From the NCBI GenBank assembly GCA_020184695.1, contig JAANOX010000032.1:186001-250000 (forward strand): a DNA stretch of 64,000 nt, in the 5' to 3' direction. The DNA is from Histomonas meleagridis 2922-C6/04-290x. Its lineage: Eukaryota > Protista > Parabasalia. The position numbers and the translations under genes were made by a program. The notes under the pieces are model-generated. The model was not told the DNA's origin and did not search any database. It saw nothing but the letters and a program-made list of their open reading frames with translations. Of the stretch, positions 1-11,102 are shown piece after piece (the stretch's first letter is position 1; every line of letters starts with the position of its first letter).

Positions 1-68
1 ATTTTATGTGTATGTATATATTTATTAACATTTAACTATAATATGGAAGCTAGAGTAAATTTATCGGA

Positions 69-1067
69 TTAATCGTCATTTACAAATGATACTTCATTTT
101 CTTCTTGATCATCTTCTACAAAAAGAAGTTGCCCATTATCGCTTGGCTCATCTTCAACTTTTTTCGGCTTTAAAAAAGAACATTCTAACAAGAAAGATAA
201 AAACGGTACAGATACAACGCACAAAACTTGTACAAAGTTATAGTCAAGTTTTTGGCAAAAAATGTTGTAAAGTAGTAAAATCGGAAAAGTGAACAACCGA
301 AGAAATGGGGCGACAAAAGAAAAAGACGATTCAGACAACGATTCGCTGCCTATTTTACGAAATGCCAACAAGCTTATGCCAAAGAGTATAAGGTTAACGA
401 AGTCAAAATTGATGGTTGATTTGATTTCCCCAAATGTTTTTTGTTCAAATAGAAGAAAACCAAAAAGAGAAGGTAAAATCATAAAAATGGTTTTCTTTAA
501 GATAATGCTTATAATAGAAATGCTTGTGTTAGCTTTGAAAGCAAATTTGATTGTATTTTGATCAATTAAATCTGAAGTAATCGAAAAAATGGTTCTTAGA
601 AATTGAACTCCAATTTGAACACTATATGAGTGCTTTTCGGTTGAAATTGGAATTTTAATACAAATTTGGAATAACCCGAGAATTAATAGAACAAGGAAAA
701 TATAGCTGAACTTGTTTCCTTCATTTGCAAAACAGCCTGCCATGCTTTGGAGAGCAGTGGCTGTATGTTCTAAAATTACAACAATTTCAACCGATGAAAC
801 AGAATAACAGAGAAATGTGAAAAGTATATGAAAACCTTTAAGCAATGACTTTAAATAAAAAGCCTTTATAAGGTGATATGGAATTGAAACATTCGGATCA
901 TGTTCTTCTGGGATTAAAAAAAAGTATGAAAATAGTGATATAAGTGTACAAAAAACTAAGGAATTGAAATATGGGAAGTCATAATACTTAGATGTAAGGT
1001 AATAAAAAAATGGTGTGAGCAAAGTTCCAGGAACTAATGCTAACGACCATATCGAGCCCAGAGACAT
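69..1067 (-). CDS. Polytopic membrane protein, possibly DMT/nucleotide-sugar transporter-like
   Basis: Multiple hydrophobic helices and an acidic C-tail. Start placed at MSLGSIW (1067); the ORF track extends to 1172. Family call is tentative. Confidence 0.55.
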   Translation of the reverse strand: MSLGSIWSLALVPGTLLTPFFYYLTSKYYDFPYFNSLVFCTLISLFSYFFLIPEEHDPNVSIPYHLIKAFYLKSLLKGFHILFTFLCYSVSSVEIVVILEHTATALQSMAGCFANEGNKFSYIFLVLLILGLFQICIKIPISTEKHSYSVQIGVQFLRTIFSITSDLIDQNTIKFAFKANTSISIISIILKKTIFMILPSLFGFLLFEQKTFGEIKSTINFDFVNLILFGISLLAFRKIGSESLSESSFSFVAPFLRLFTFPILLLYNIFCQKLDYNFVQVLCVVSVPFLSFLLECSFLKPKKVEDEPSDNGQLLFVEDDQEENEVSFVNDD

Positions 1068-1307
1068 TGTAGACCGTTTAAAAATTGAATGCATTGAAAA
1101 CAAGCACTTCATCTTCATCAAGAAGGAAATGTTTTTCTTGATAAAGTGTTTACAACATTGTATTTCATTCATTTAACAAACTCAAAGTGATATATCATTA
1201 TAAAGCGACAGTAACATTGAATAGAATTAAATATTCTTTATTTCATGAAAGAAACTTTTCACTATCATAAAATATTTACATAAAATACCGATTGTAAGGG
1301 TTTAAAA

Positions 1308-4300
1308 ATGTTGAAAGTTTTTCCAAGTCCAGAAAATATAATACAACAAAATAAAGCGATTTCTATTTCAAACATTGATAATTTAATAAGAGGATATTCT
1401 TTACCGAATTCAGATATTTTATCATGTCAATGGTTGGAATCACTTTCACAAGGAAATTCATGTGGATTAAATAAAAATAATGAAAATAAAACAAATAAAA
1501 TTAAAATTACTGATTATTATTGTGAAGAAAATATTCAGAATTTTAAAAAATTTAATAGAAATAATATTACTCCAAAAGCATTCTCTGAAACATTCAATCA
1601 TCAAACTCAAGATTTTAAATATGAATCTAACCCAATTATGTTTATAAATAATCATGAAAAACATGAATTTAAAAAAAAATCTTGGTTTAAATTTTTGATG
1701 CTTTCACCACCAAGTTTTATTAAGATTTCATTAAATTGTAAGCATGCAGAATTGGTGTTTTTTGTTTATCAAAAGATTCCAATAACAGAATTAATTCATG
1801 TTGACATCAATAAATCAGCAAAACCATTTAAAATCTTCCAGAATAATACTGAAAAAATAATTGTTCCGATTAAGGATAAATCGAAAATTGTATTCATTTT
1901 ATATCAAATAGAAAAAAATTTAAACATAATTCAACCTCTTGCAATTGGAATGTCTGATATTACTTTAGAAAATAAACAAATTATTAAACCAAGTTGGACA
2001 TCATTTAATTCTTCACTTACTATTGATCAACATTTTGAAAAGGATCAAAATTTAAATTTTGATTTTGTAATGCCTGCTGAAATTATATTAAATCCACCCA
2101 AAGAAAATATTGCATTATTAACATCAAACAATATATTTTATCCATCTCTTCTCTTAACAGTTTTTAATTTACAAGTACATTTAGACAAAAAGAAACAAAA
2201 AAAGTATATATCACATTATATTTATATAAAAGTATCATTAAAATCTTTAAATGAATCAAAAGAAATCGAAAAAATTCCATCGGCTTTCATAGGATGGAAT
2301 AATTCTGAACTTTGTGATTCAGGATCATCATCTTTATTACTAATACGAAATCAACATATATGTTTTCCAGATGTTTTTCATTTCTTTCTTTCACCAAAAA
2401 TTATGGAACAAATACATTTGTTATTAGAAATATTTACTATTTTTGATCAAAAGACAAAACTTTTGTTTACTTCAACATATCCTATAGTTGAACCAAATCT
2501 ATCAGAAAAAATTAGACTTAATGCTAAAGGATTAATTAAGGAATATAGAACAAAAAATAACACACTTTATTTTAGTTATTTATTTCCTTCTGTTGCTTGT
2601 CCACCTAAATCAATTCGGAATTGGTTTGTAGATAGAAATGAAAAAATTGATATAGAAACACCTATGTATAAAGATATATTTCCATATATTCTTTCAAAAT
2701 TACTTAAAAAGAAAGAATTCGAATCTTTGGATTTAAAATATTTAATATCATTGTTTCCTAAAGAATCTTGCTTTATTAACAGATATATTAAGCATTATTT
2801 CTTATGTGAAAATGGTTTTACATCAATATTTATTAAAAAACTTATAAATTCATTTGAAGATGTAAGTGCTTTTTCTTTACCATTTTTTCAAATCCTTTTT
2901 AAGTCTATGTGTATTGAAAATTATTTTGATCAAGATGAAATAAATGAATTATTGCAAAAATCATTACTTATACAGAATCATGAACTAATACAAAATGTCT
3001 CTGAATTTATTTCACATGTTCATATGATTTTCCCTTATCCTGTTGTTAATGAAATTATTTTTAAGTACATTTCAAAGGTTGAATATCCAAATTGTTTTGT
3101 TTTTTTCAAATGTATATTTAAAAATATCTCTTTTATTAAACTATGTGCAAAGAATCCAAAATGTCAAATAATTTCAAATCCAATTTCTCCATATGTTCCT
3201 ATCCTTTCCTATTTTTATAAAATGTTAACTATTGCATTTATGCAAAATGATAAAAATGTTGTAAAAGATGCAATTGATTCATTAATAATATTGTCCGAAA
3301 CTCTTGAAAAATATACAACTCCATTTGAATCAAGCAATAATGACATTGTATCAGCATTATTTCCTATTCTTTCAATAATTTTTACTTTTTATGATTCTTT
3401 TACAAAACTTGATGAAGATAATTTTCTACTTACTCCTTTTGTATTTTATATTTTGAGAGAATGTAATTCAACACAATTTCATTCATATTTTAACATTCTT
3501 TCTGATGACAATAAACTTTATTTTTTAGATTTTTTAAATACTATTCTTGGAACTAAAATGATCCAAAATTTATCACAAAAATTAAATAATAACAAAATTG
3601 AAAATTTTGATATTATATGTACAAAAGAATTTACTTTCAGAGTACTAAAATTTCTTCAAATGTTTGATAATACTAAAGAAACTAATGTAAATGTGTTGAA
3701 TAAAATTTTTGGCTTGTTAATACAATTATTAAGTTCTAAGAAACAAGTAAATGAATCTCTAAAAACAATTTTTAAGACATTAGCAATTTTTATATTAAAA
3801 TATTTTAATAAAATATTTGTAGCACAAACATCATTATTATCACAAATAATAAATGCAATAGTTCCACTCACTCAATCCAATTTATTTATAGCTCGAACAT
3901 ATTCTATTGGATTTTTAATATGGATTATAGAAAAGGAAAATAAAGCATTTCAAAAGGCTAAACAAAGATGTGAATTAGCTTTAGAATATGCGATATGTGA
4001 TTCATTACTTTCAAATGAAAAATTCATTAGTTTCTTTAATCATTTTCAAATAAGAGAAAGGAAATATTTTGCTGCGCAATATAATAAACTTATTGAAGCT
4101 TTATCATTAAGTTTTATTTATCGAAAAATTGACATGTTAATTAATATTGCTCATACAGTTTATGCAAATTTTGCATCAATTAGAGCAAGAATATATATTT
4201 ATATAGTAAATTTACATGTTCAAAATGGAAATTATACTTCAGCTTTTGTAACTCAATGGAGATTATGCGCATTTATTGCAGAAGTATTTAAAACTAAAAA

Positions 4301-5414
4301 CCTTATTATTGATGGAATTCCAAACAATGGTTTAATTAGTTTTCAATACATTTTTGATTTGCCAAAATTAGATATATCTATATACCCAGCTGATTCAAGA
4401 TATCTTGTTCTTGAGAGTGATATTTTTACTTCGGAATCTTTTGGTGAAAATTTAAAAAAAGCTATGGATTACATTCAAAAATCAAATTTACATTGGCTTA
4501 TAAGTAAATGCTCAGAATATTTATTTGAGTTTCTTGAGAAACAAAGAAAATTTAATCTTCTTCAAGAATTATATAAAAATGTTTCTATGTCTTATGATGC
4601 TCTTTCTCATGAATTTAAACCAGATATTGAATTTTATTATATTTATGCTGCAGGAAAAGTGAAAAATATACTGAATTATGATAGTTCAATAATATTATTT
4701 GTGAAAAATGGTTACAATGCTTTTTATGATAGTATTGATGAAAAATGTAAATTTAGATTTATTGATAAAAAAGTCCCAATCCAAAGAAGTTATGGTAATG
4801 CATTACAAATGTTAAAAGTTCATTTTAACAAAAAACATTTAGAAAATCTTCATGTTAATGAATTTTATGTTGATTATATATTAGGAGATTGTGAATGGGA
4901 AGAAATATATGCAACAAGGTATAATATACAAACACAAATTTCACTTCCATCATTTGTTGATTTTTCACCCTTATTAAGTATTACCACAATTAACTTTACA
5001 AAACATAAATATTATTTAATGAAGCTTCAAGCTTTTAAGCAATCTTTGTATTTCCACATTGAAAGAGTTAAAGCAGTTATTCCTCCATTAACTAAATCAA
5101 AAAATGGGAAAAAAACACATGAACAATGGGGACAATGTATGCTTAATGTTGGTATTGAAAGTTTTTTGAAGTTAATGGAGAAAGTATGTATGTGGAACAA
5201 AAACTATTATTCTATAGTTTTTGATGAGCAAAAGAATTTAAATACAGCAAAAGTTCCATCAGATTTATTAAAAATATCAATAGAAATTTCTAATCTGATA
5301 AAAGAAAGTTGGGATTTGATCATTATCCTTCTTGAAAATAAAATTTCTAATCCAACAAACAAAGAAAAAGATACTCTTGAATGTTTGAAGAAAAAATTAA
5401 ACCTAACAAAATAA
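1308..5414 (+). CDS. DOCK (dedicator of cytokinesis)-like Rho GEF
   Basis: 1368-aa intact ORF with a C2-DOCK-like segment (HIYIKVSLKS...CFPDVFHFFL) and a DHR-2 entry motif (NLHVQNGNYTSAFVTQWRLCAFI). Confidence 0.7.
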   Translation: MLKVFPSPENIIQQNKAISISNIDNLIRGYSLPNSDILSCQWLESLSQGNSCGLNKNNENKTNKIKITDYYCEENIQNFKKFNRNNITPKAFSETFNHQTQDFKYESNPIMFINNHEKHEFKKKSWFKFLMLSPPSFIKISLNCKHAELVFFVYQKIPITELIHVDINKSAKPFKIFQNNTEKIIVPIKDKSKIVFILYQIEKNLNIIQPLAIGMSDITLENKQIIKPSWTSFNSSLTIDQHFEKDQNLNFDFVMPAEIILNPPKENIALLTSNNIFYPSLLLTVFNLQVHLDKKKQKKYISHYIYIKVSLKSLNESKEIEKIPSAFIGWNNSELCDSGSSSLLLIRNQHICFPDVFHFFLSPKIMEQIHLLLEIFTIFDQKTKLLFTSTYPIVEPNLSEKIRLNAKGLIKEYRTKNNTLYFSYLFPSVACPPKSIRNWFVDRNEKIDIETPMYKDIFPYILSKLLKKKEFESLDLKYLISLFPKESCFINRYIKHYFLCENGFTSIFIKKLINSFEDVSAFSLPFFQILFKSMCIENYFDQDEINELLQKSLLIQNHELIQNVSEFISHVHMIFPYPVVNEIIFKYISKVEYPNCFVFFKCIFKNISFIKLCAKNPKCQIISNPISPYVPILSYFYKMLTIAFMQNDKNVVKDAIDSLIILSETLEKYTTPFESSNNDIVSALFPILSIIFTFYDSFTKLDEDNFLLTPFVFYILRECNSTQFHSYFNILSDDNKLYFLDFLNTILGTKMIQNLSQKLNNNKIENFDIICTKEFTFRVLKFLQMFDNTKETNVNVLNKIFGLLIQLLSSKKQVNESLKTIFKTLAIFILKYFNKIFVAQTSLLSQIINAIVPLTQSNLFIARTYSIGFLIWIIEKENKAFQKAKQRCELALEYAICDSLLSNEKFISFFNHFQIRERKYFAAQYNKLIEALSLSFIYRKIDMLINIAHTVYANFASIRARIYIYIVNLHVQNGNYTSAFVTQWRLCAFIAEVFKTKNLIIDGIPNNGLISFQYIFDLPKLDISIYPADSRYLVLESDIFTSESFGENLKKAMDYIQKSNLHWLISKCSEYLFEFLEKQRKFNLLQELYKNVSMSYDALSHEFKPDIEFYYIYAAGKVKNILNYDSSIILFVKNGYNAFYDSIDEKCKFRFIDKKVPIQRSYGNALQMLKVHFNKKHLENLHVNEFYVDYILGDCEWEEIYATRYNIQTQISLPSFVDFSPLLSITTINFTKHKYYLMKLQAFKQSLYFHIERVKAVIPPLTKSKNGKKTHEQWGQCMLNVGIESFLKLMEKVCMWNKNYYSIVFDEQKNLNTAKVPSDLLKISIEISNLIKESWDLIIILLENKISNPTNKEKDTLECLKKKLNLTK

Positions 5415-5648
5415 ATTGTTAATTTTGCTATTAGTTTTTTCAGACGTTTTTTTTTTGTTGCAGAAACCACACTTTTTGTATAACATTCAAAACGGTTTTG
5501 TAAGTTTAAAAAAAACAGAGTGTTTTATGACAATTTTTAAGTAGTTTATTCTTGGTTTTTCGGTTCTGGTCTATTTTCTGTGATCATTTGGTATTCAAAA
5601 TATTGCGACTCCAAACCAAAATTTGAATAATTTACACATCTTATATCG

Positions 5649-5653
5649 CCTTT
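5649..5653 (+). promoter_or_regulatory. M5-like core promoter motif CCTTT upstream of Rab
   Basis: CCTTT lies about 17 nt before the Rab reading frame. M5 is a described Trichomonas TSS motif, but it is short and chance matches are common. Confidence 0.3.
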
Positions 5654-5669
5654 TGAATAAAAACAGATT

Positions 5670-6254
5670 TTGGAAGAAAAAAAATATAAAGTTGCGTTTA
5701 TAGGCTCAAGTCACACAGGTAAAACCAGTATAATTTTTAGGTGCTCTAAAGGTACTTTTATTGATGAAAATGTCCCAACTATTGGTGCGGCATTTATATC
5801 GAAAGATTTTATTTTAGATGACGACACAAAAGTCACACTAAACATATGGGATACAGCAGGACAAGAACTTTACAAAAGTTTAGTACCAAAATATTTACGT
5901 GGAGCTATGGCTATTATAATTGTTTACGATATTACCGAACCAGCGACATTTAAAGAAGCCAAAGAGTGGTACGAAAACGAAAAGGGCAATCACGAACAAA
6001 ACGTTATTTGGTTTCTTGTCGGAAACAAATGTGATTTACATCCAGATAAAGACCTAAGTGAAGAAAGAAAATATGCTGAAGCCAATGGACTTAACTTTAT
6101 CAACACATCTGCAAAGACAGGACTAAACATTGATTCCTTATTTGAAATGATTGCCTACCAACTTTCAACATCAAAAGACGTCGGTCGAACTGAGAAAAAT
6201 GTCGATATTACAGATGATCAAAACAACAAAAAAAAGAAGAAATGTTGTAAATAG
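5670..6254 (+). CDS. Rab-family small GTPase (Rab5/22-like effector loop); no ATG start
   Basis: GSSHTGKTS, PTIGAAF, WDTAGQE, GNKCD, TSAK motifs and C-terminal CCK prenylation signal. The frame opens at TTG 5670, with an in-frame TAA at 5658-5660. Confidence 0.9.
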   Translation: MEEKKYKVAFIGSSHTGKTSIIFRCSKGTFIDENVPTIGAAFISKDFILDDDTKVTLNIWDTAGQELYKSLVPKYLRGAMAIIIVYDITEPATFKEAKEWYENEKGNHEQNVIWFLVGNKCDLHPDKDLSEERKYAEANGLNFINTSAKTGLNIDSLFEMIAYQLSTSKDVGRTEKNVDITDDQNNKKKKKCCK

Positions 6255-6737
6255 ATATTTTGTAATAAAAATTAATTATTTTCGTATAAATAACGAGCTT
6301 TTTTTTTTTTACTAAACATTTGAATTATGCTTCGATTATTTTGCTTGATATTTCTCTTTTGTCCGAATTCTTTTTCTTTTTGTACAAGCACACATTAACA
6401 ACAACAACAGGAATCACTAGGTTCTTTGATGTATTTTCAGCAACTACAATTTCATTGGGTACACAGCATTTTTTTCGTTAAGGTTTAATGTGAACTTTCC
6501 AGGAAAGTGCTTTTGATTGGTTCACAGCACTAAATAGTGCAATAAACGAAGAGCATACACATTTCGGTCAGCTTCTTGCACTAGTGTAACAATATACACA
6601 GGTAAGGGATGGCTTAATGAGTAGTAGAACAAAAATATGTAATAGCTGATTTAATGACATGTAATACACACGTTAAGTTATGTTAAGTTTTTCTTTGTTT
6701 CTAATTAATAATTTTCCTATAAAAAAATTACATTTAT

Positions 6738-8000
6738 TCATTTATTAACAGCAAAACCCCGCAAAGCTTTTTCTCTTCTTTCTTTTAATACATGCAACTT
6801 TTTTTGTGCTTCGTTGTTAAACGATTCTTGCGCGTTAGGGAATTCGTAAATTCCATATCTGCTAATGCGGGATGTTGTCTTAACCAATTGCTTTAGTTTA
6901 TGAATTTCTTTTTTCTCATTTTTCATATAATTTATTTCATTACTTAAAACATTTATTTGCTCATCAAAAATTACATTAAATTTATCAATTTCACTTTCTT
7001 TAATCATAATCAAAATATTTGATAATTCATCAATAATCATCTGATTATTATTACTGTAATCATTTTCAACATATTTTTCATCTATTTTGTTTAATTCAAA
7101 ATTAATTTCTTCTAAATCGGAATTTTGTTGATTTGCTTTCATTTCGAGTTCTTCTTGTTTCATTTTTAATATTTTAAGTTTTCGTTGCAGATTTTGTTGC
7201 TCAGAATGCTTTGAATCGGATATTTGCGTAAAATATGTTTTCCCTTTTTCTAATTCATTTAAAATTCCATAAAAAGAATTTTCGCAATTTTTCGTTATTT
7301 TTATTATTTCTTCATAAATTTTTTGTAATTCGTTGATATATTTATCTGTCGCTGATTTGTTCCTTATTCTTGATTTGGATAACTCAGAAATAATCGGATT
7401 TATGACTTCATCGATTGTCGAATTGATTTCTTTCGATATGTTGATTTCAATATCTTTTTTTGGTTCAATTGTTTTAACCATATGAATAATGTCTGCGCTT
7501 AATGAGTCAATAAAATTCGATACGTTAAATATTGGCGTATGAGAAGGAGATTTAAATATTTTCGAGAAATCTCGAGAAAATATTTCTTTCAGAGAAGAAA
7601 AAGTGCTCTCCAAAGTTGAAGATAAGGAATTTTGTATGTCTTTCTGTTGGGTGGCTGTTAACGTTTGTGTTTGAATATTTCTTATTTTATTGTTAGAAAG
7701 AAAAATTTGTTCTTGTGTATTTGGAGTTTCTTTGGTTATATTTGATTTGAGTAGGTGACCAATTTTTTGAGTTGGCTTTTGATTTTTGATGAGATTATCT
7801 TCACTTGCATTATATTGCTTTAAGATGGAAGGAGAAATTAAACCTCTGCTTAAAATTCTATTTGGTGTTTTGGAAATTTTTTGTTGATTTTGATTAATAA
7901 AATTATTTTGATGAGATGGAATTGATGTGGGAAAATTCTGGTCTTCCATTTCTGATCCCTCTGTTTCATGCTCAAAAGGAGCATTGATATTAATAAACAT
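6738..8000 (-). CDS. Hypothetical coiled-coil protein
   Basis: 420-aa ORF with heptad-rich K/E/Q C-terminal half; no recognisable domain. Confidence 0.6.
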   Translation of the reverse strand: MFININAPFEHETEGSEMEDQNFPTSIPSHQNNFINQNQQKISKTPNRILSRGLISPSILKQYNASEDNLIKNQKPTQKIGHLLKSNITKETPNTQEQIFLSNNKIRNIQTQTLTATQQKDIQNSLSSTLESTFSSLKEIFSRDFSKIFKSPSHTPIFNVSNFIDSLSADIIHMVKTIEPKKDIEINISKEINSTIDEVINPIISELSKSRIRNKSATDKYINELQKIYEEIIKITKNCENSFYGILNELEKGKTYFTQISDSKHSEQQNLQRKLKILKMKQEELEMKANQQNSDLEEINFELNKIDEKYVENDYSNNNQMIIDELSNILIMIKESEIDKFNVIFDEQINVLSNEINYMKNEKKEIHKLKQLVKTTSRISRYGIYEFPNAQESFNNEAQKKLHVLKERREKALRGFAVNK

Positions 8001-8258
8001 AAAATTTCCTTTGGGGGTTCTGTTTTGGATTTAAACGTACATTTTTCCCAAGTTTTCCATCTTTTGGAATATAATACACCCGATAATAACATATACATAT
8101 CTTATTAATAAAGGATCAAAAGCAAGAAATTGATATAATTAAGGTAATCACATATTTTTAGAAATAATATTATTGCACATATTTTTAAATCACATTTTTT
8201 ACCATAACATCTTTAAAAAAAAGCAAAAACATGATAACTCTAATAATATTTATAAACA

Positions 8259-9152
8259 CTAAATCACTTCTCCTGCAACAACGTAGTCTTCAATCCCACA
8301 TTCGTTCACGCCTCTCTTGATCAGGAAGCTCCCGTTCATTCCCCAATTCGTACCCCATGAGTTAGACACAATCCAATATGGGGTTTTATCTTTCTCTCCC
8401 CATCCAATGATTTCAACTGCATGCAGTCCTACGTTGTCTCCTTTCAGGTGCGTGTATATCCCCGATTTGTAATACATGAAATCTGCAAAAACTTTCATTG
8501 ATGTGGTGATTGGCCCATCTGTGATGATACTGTATTGCATCGCTGGAATAGAGTCAAACCTCTTTGCAGACCAAAAGACTGACTTTTTGGCTTCAAAAGG
8601 AGTTGTTTCGTTGAAGCATTTCCTACGTGAACAATTGAAAGATGTCGAATTAATTTCATACGGTTGACATGTTTCGAGTGGAATCCCTTTCAAATCAATG
8701 TATCTCCATGCGGGAATAAGAGTTCCTCCTTGGCATCCTGCATTTCGTCGATCACAACCTACTAAATGTGCTGGACTGAAAATGCTTAAATGACCATATT
8801 TTTGGCAATATCTGTGACTAAATGACTTAGCAACTGAAAAGGCCCAACAAGATCCGCATTTTCCTTGGTCCATTGGTCCAAAATCACATTTGGGATATTT
8901 TTCACTGAAATTATATGAACCAGGGATTGTGAAGGTAGAGCTAGGCGAAGGAGAAAGTGGGATTGTCTCTGGTCTTAATTTATCTATATCTGAAGTTGGT
9001 CCTGATAAAATTCTAGCATCTTGGAAAGATAGTCCATGGAATCGTTCATTATTTCCAGCTACCCAAGGAATTCCTTTTTCCTTTTTTAAAGCTTTCAAAA
9101 TTTCTGAGTTTTCGACGTAATCTTCAAGGAAACAAATAAAAAGCAAAAGCAT
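8259..9152 (-). CDS. Cathepsin B-like cysteine protease (papain family C1A)
   Basis: Signal peptide, QGKCGSCWAF (catalytic Cys), GLHAV (His), NSWG (Asn), GCQGG. Confidence 0.95.
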   Translation of the reverse strand: MLLLFICFLEDYVENSEILKALKKEKGIPWVAGNNERFHGLSFQDARILSGPTSDIDKLRPETIPLSPSPSSTFTIPGSYNFSEKYPKCDFGPMDQGKCGSCWAFSVAKSFSHRYCQKYGHLSIFSPAHLVGCDRRNAGCQGGTLIPAWRYIDLKGIPLETCQPYEINSTSFNCSRRKCFNETTPFEAKKSVFWSAKRFDSIPAMQYSIITDGPITTSMKVFADFMYYKSGIYTHLKGDNVGLHAVEIIGWGEKDKTPYWIVSNSWGTNWGMNGSFLIKRGVNECGIEDYVVAGEVI

Positions 9153-9357
9153 ACATATTTCACATCACATTTCTCAATCCTCACAACCAAAAACATTATT
9201 TCATTCCAAATATCCTCAGTAATCCTAATTAAATGTTTTAATCATAGCAAATAACCATAAATTATTTTTCCATCTTTTTACTTAAATTAATTTTTTATTG
9301 AATTGTAAATTGTTAATTTGCATTTCTATAAAACTTCAGAATAAAATATGATAATAC

Positions 9358-10437
9358 TCATTTACGTAAAGTCTTTTTCGATGTTCTAATGAAAGATCTT
9401 GTCATTGATTGGAATGACTCTGTATCCATTTCCTCGTTTTCATCCATTTCGAGCAACTTTTCGAAGCACATTTGCGTGTTAAGCAAACTCGCCATTGTTT
9501 CCGTTCGGTTCATTTTCTCTGTTCTTGCAACAAATGGATGTTTCAGCAGCTGTTCGACTGTTGGCCTTTTCGACGGGTCAACTTGCGCACATATTTCGAT
9601 AAAGTGAACGAAGCTTTGGCTGAACTGCTTCGGAAAGCGAAGGCCCGGAAAACCTTTCGTTGCGATTTCGACAATTGCGCGCGTCGGCGGGAACTCGCAA
9701 AATGGCGGCGCGCCTTCAGCAAGTTCCATTGCTGTGGCAGCTGTGCTCCATATGTCTGCAGGGAAGCTGTATTTCTCTTCGTTGATGACTTCCGGAGCCA
9801 TCCAATATGGAGTTCCGACCATTGTCGTTGTGGAAAATGATTTGTCGGATGCGAATTTACGGGAAACGCCAAAATCTGTAACGCGGCAATAACCATTGGA
9901 TGAAAGTAATATGTTGGCAGCTTTGATATCTCGATGAACAATGTGATGTTGATTATGAAGAACTTGAAGTGCACAAAGAAGATCATGCATAACAAATGAA
10001 ATTTGTGCCTCACTGAGAACTTTCTCAGAAATGTCGATTAAATCACGTAGAGAGCCTTGTGGACAAAATTCCATGAGAATTGTCATCTTTTTGTTGAATA
10101 TGATACTCCCATAATAATGGATAGTGTAAGGAGATACAATTTCACGCATCAAATCAATCTCCCTTTTCAAGGCTTCGCGAGTTTTTGGTGAAATTAATTC
10201 ATCATTTATGCTTTTGCCTGCAAGAAGTGTTTGTGATGGAATGTGAAGAAGTTGGATAACATCGCCAAAGCCTCCTTTACCGATGTTTCTTATTTTTGTG
10301 AAAATTGACTCTGGCGGAACACTGCTATCAAATGACCAATTAAGATCTTGATCAATGTGGAGTACATGGGAAACTTCAAGTGGACTTGATATACTTATTT
10401 TTTTAGATGAACTTTTCTTCTTTTGCTTCTTGTGCAT
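9358..10437 (-). CDS. STE20/PAK-like Ser/Thr kinase with N-terminal CRIB motif
   Basis: ISSPLEVSHVLHI (CRIB), GKGGFG, HRDIKAANIL, DFG, GTPYWMAPE. True ATG placed at MHKKQ (10437), preceded by TCA (Inr-like). Confidence 0.92.
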   Translation of the reverse strand: MHKKQKKKSSSKKISISSPLEVSHVLHIDQDLNWSFDSSVPPESIFTKIRNIGKGGFGDVIQLLHIPSQTLLAGKSINDELISPKTREALKREIDLMREIVSPYTIHYYGSIIFNKKMTILMEFCPQGSLRDLIDISEKVLSEAQISFVMHDLLCALQVLHNQHHIVHRDIKAANILLSSNGYCRVTDFGVSRKFASDKSFSTTTMVGTPYWMAPEVINEEKYSFPADIWSTAATAMELAEGAPPFCEFPPTRAIVEIATKGFPGLRFPKQFSQSFVHFIEICAQVDPSKRPTVEQLLKHPFVARTEKMNRTETMASLLNTQMCFEKLLEMDENEEMDTESFQSMTRSFIRTSKKTLRK

Positions 10438-11102
10438 GATGAAAGCTTGAAATCGACTTTTTCTAAATAAACCCACGGTTTTCTTCAATTTAAGAAGTTT
10501 ATTTCGCTTTTGTTTGTATCGGTTTATGGAAATTGAACAGGGTGTATCCACAAAAAACAACGAAACCAAAAAAATTGTGGCGCTCAAGTTTCTCCAGCTG
10601 CTTTCGTTATAAATTAATAAACATAATTGATTAATTTGAGTATTCTAAGGACTAAATATGGATGTATACCAATTTTATAATTAAGAATTAATATTTTTAT
10701 AGAAAAAAATAGCACAACTTTTTGACTAAAAAGTTAGTCAAGTGGATTATTTTTGATTCAAATTTATGTTGTGCTCCTAAAAAGTGTCATATTATTATGC
10801 GAATAATAAAAAATTCAACAAGACAATTCCAATACTTATGTGTTGGTTTCCAATTAATAATTATTTTTGGCCATAACTTATTTTTAAGGAATACATTTTT
10901 TATCTTTTTAGATTACATTTAAATATTTTATTATTAAATTTTATATACTTGAATATAATCACATGGGTTTTCCCAACCAATAGAGTTTTTTTCTGGAATA
11001 TCTCTATCAATAGGCTAATGCAGAAATGTGCATTAGTTGGAGATGGTAATTTCCATTGATAATTGGCCGACCAATTTAATAATTTAATAACACTACAAAA
11101 TA

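Noticed and set aside
5520-5670. Spliceosomal intron supplying an ATG to the Rab gene
   Set aside because: The nearest ATG/GT pair (5527/5541) spliced to AG 5666 is out of frame, and no ACTAAC branch motif is present.
6300-6660. Higher-GC patch on the minus strand resembling a membrane-protein remnant
   Set aside because: Stops occur in all frames and no family motif is recognisable; too weak to annotate.
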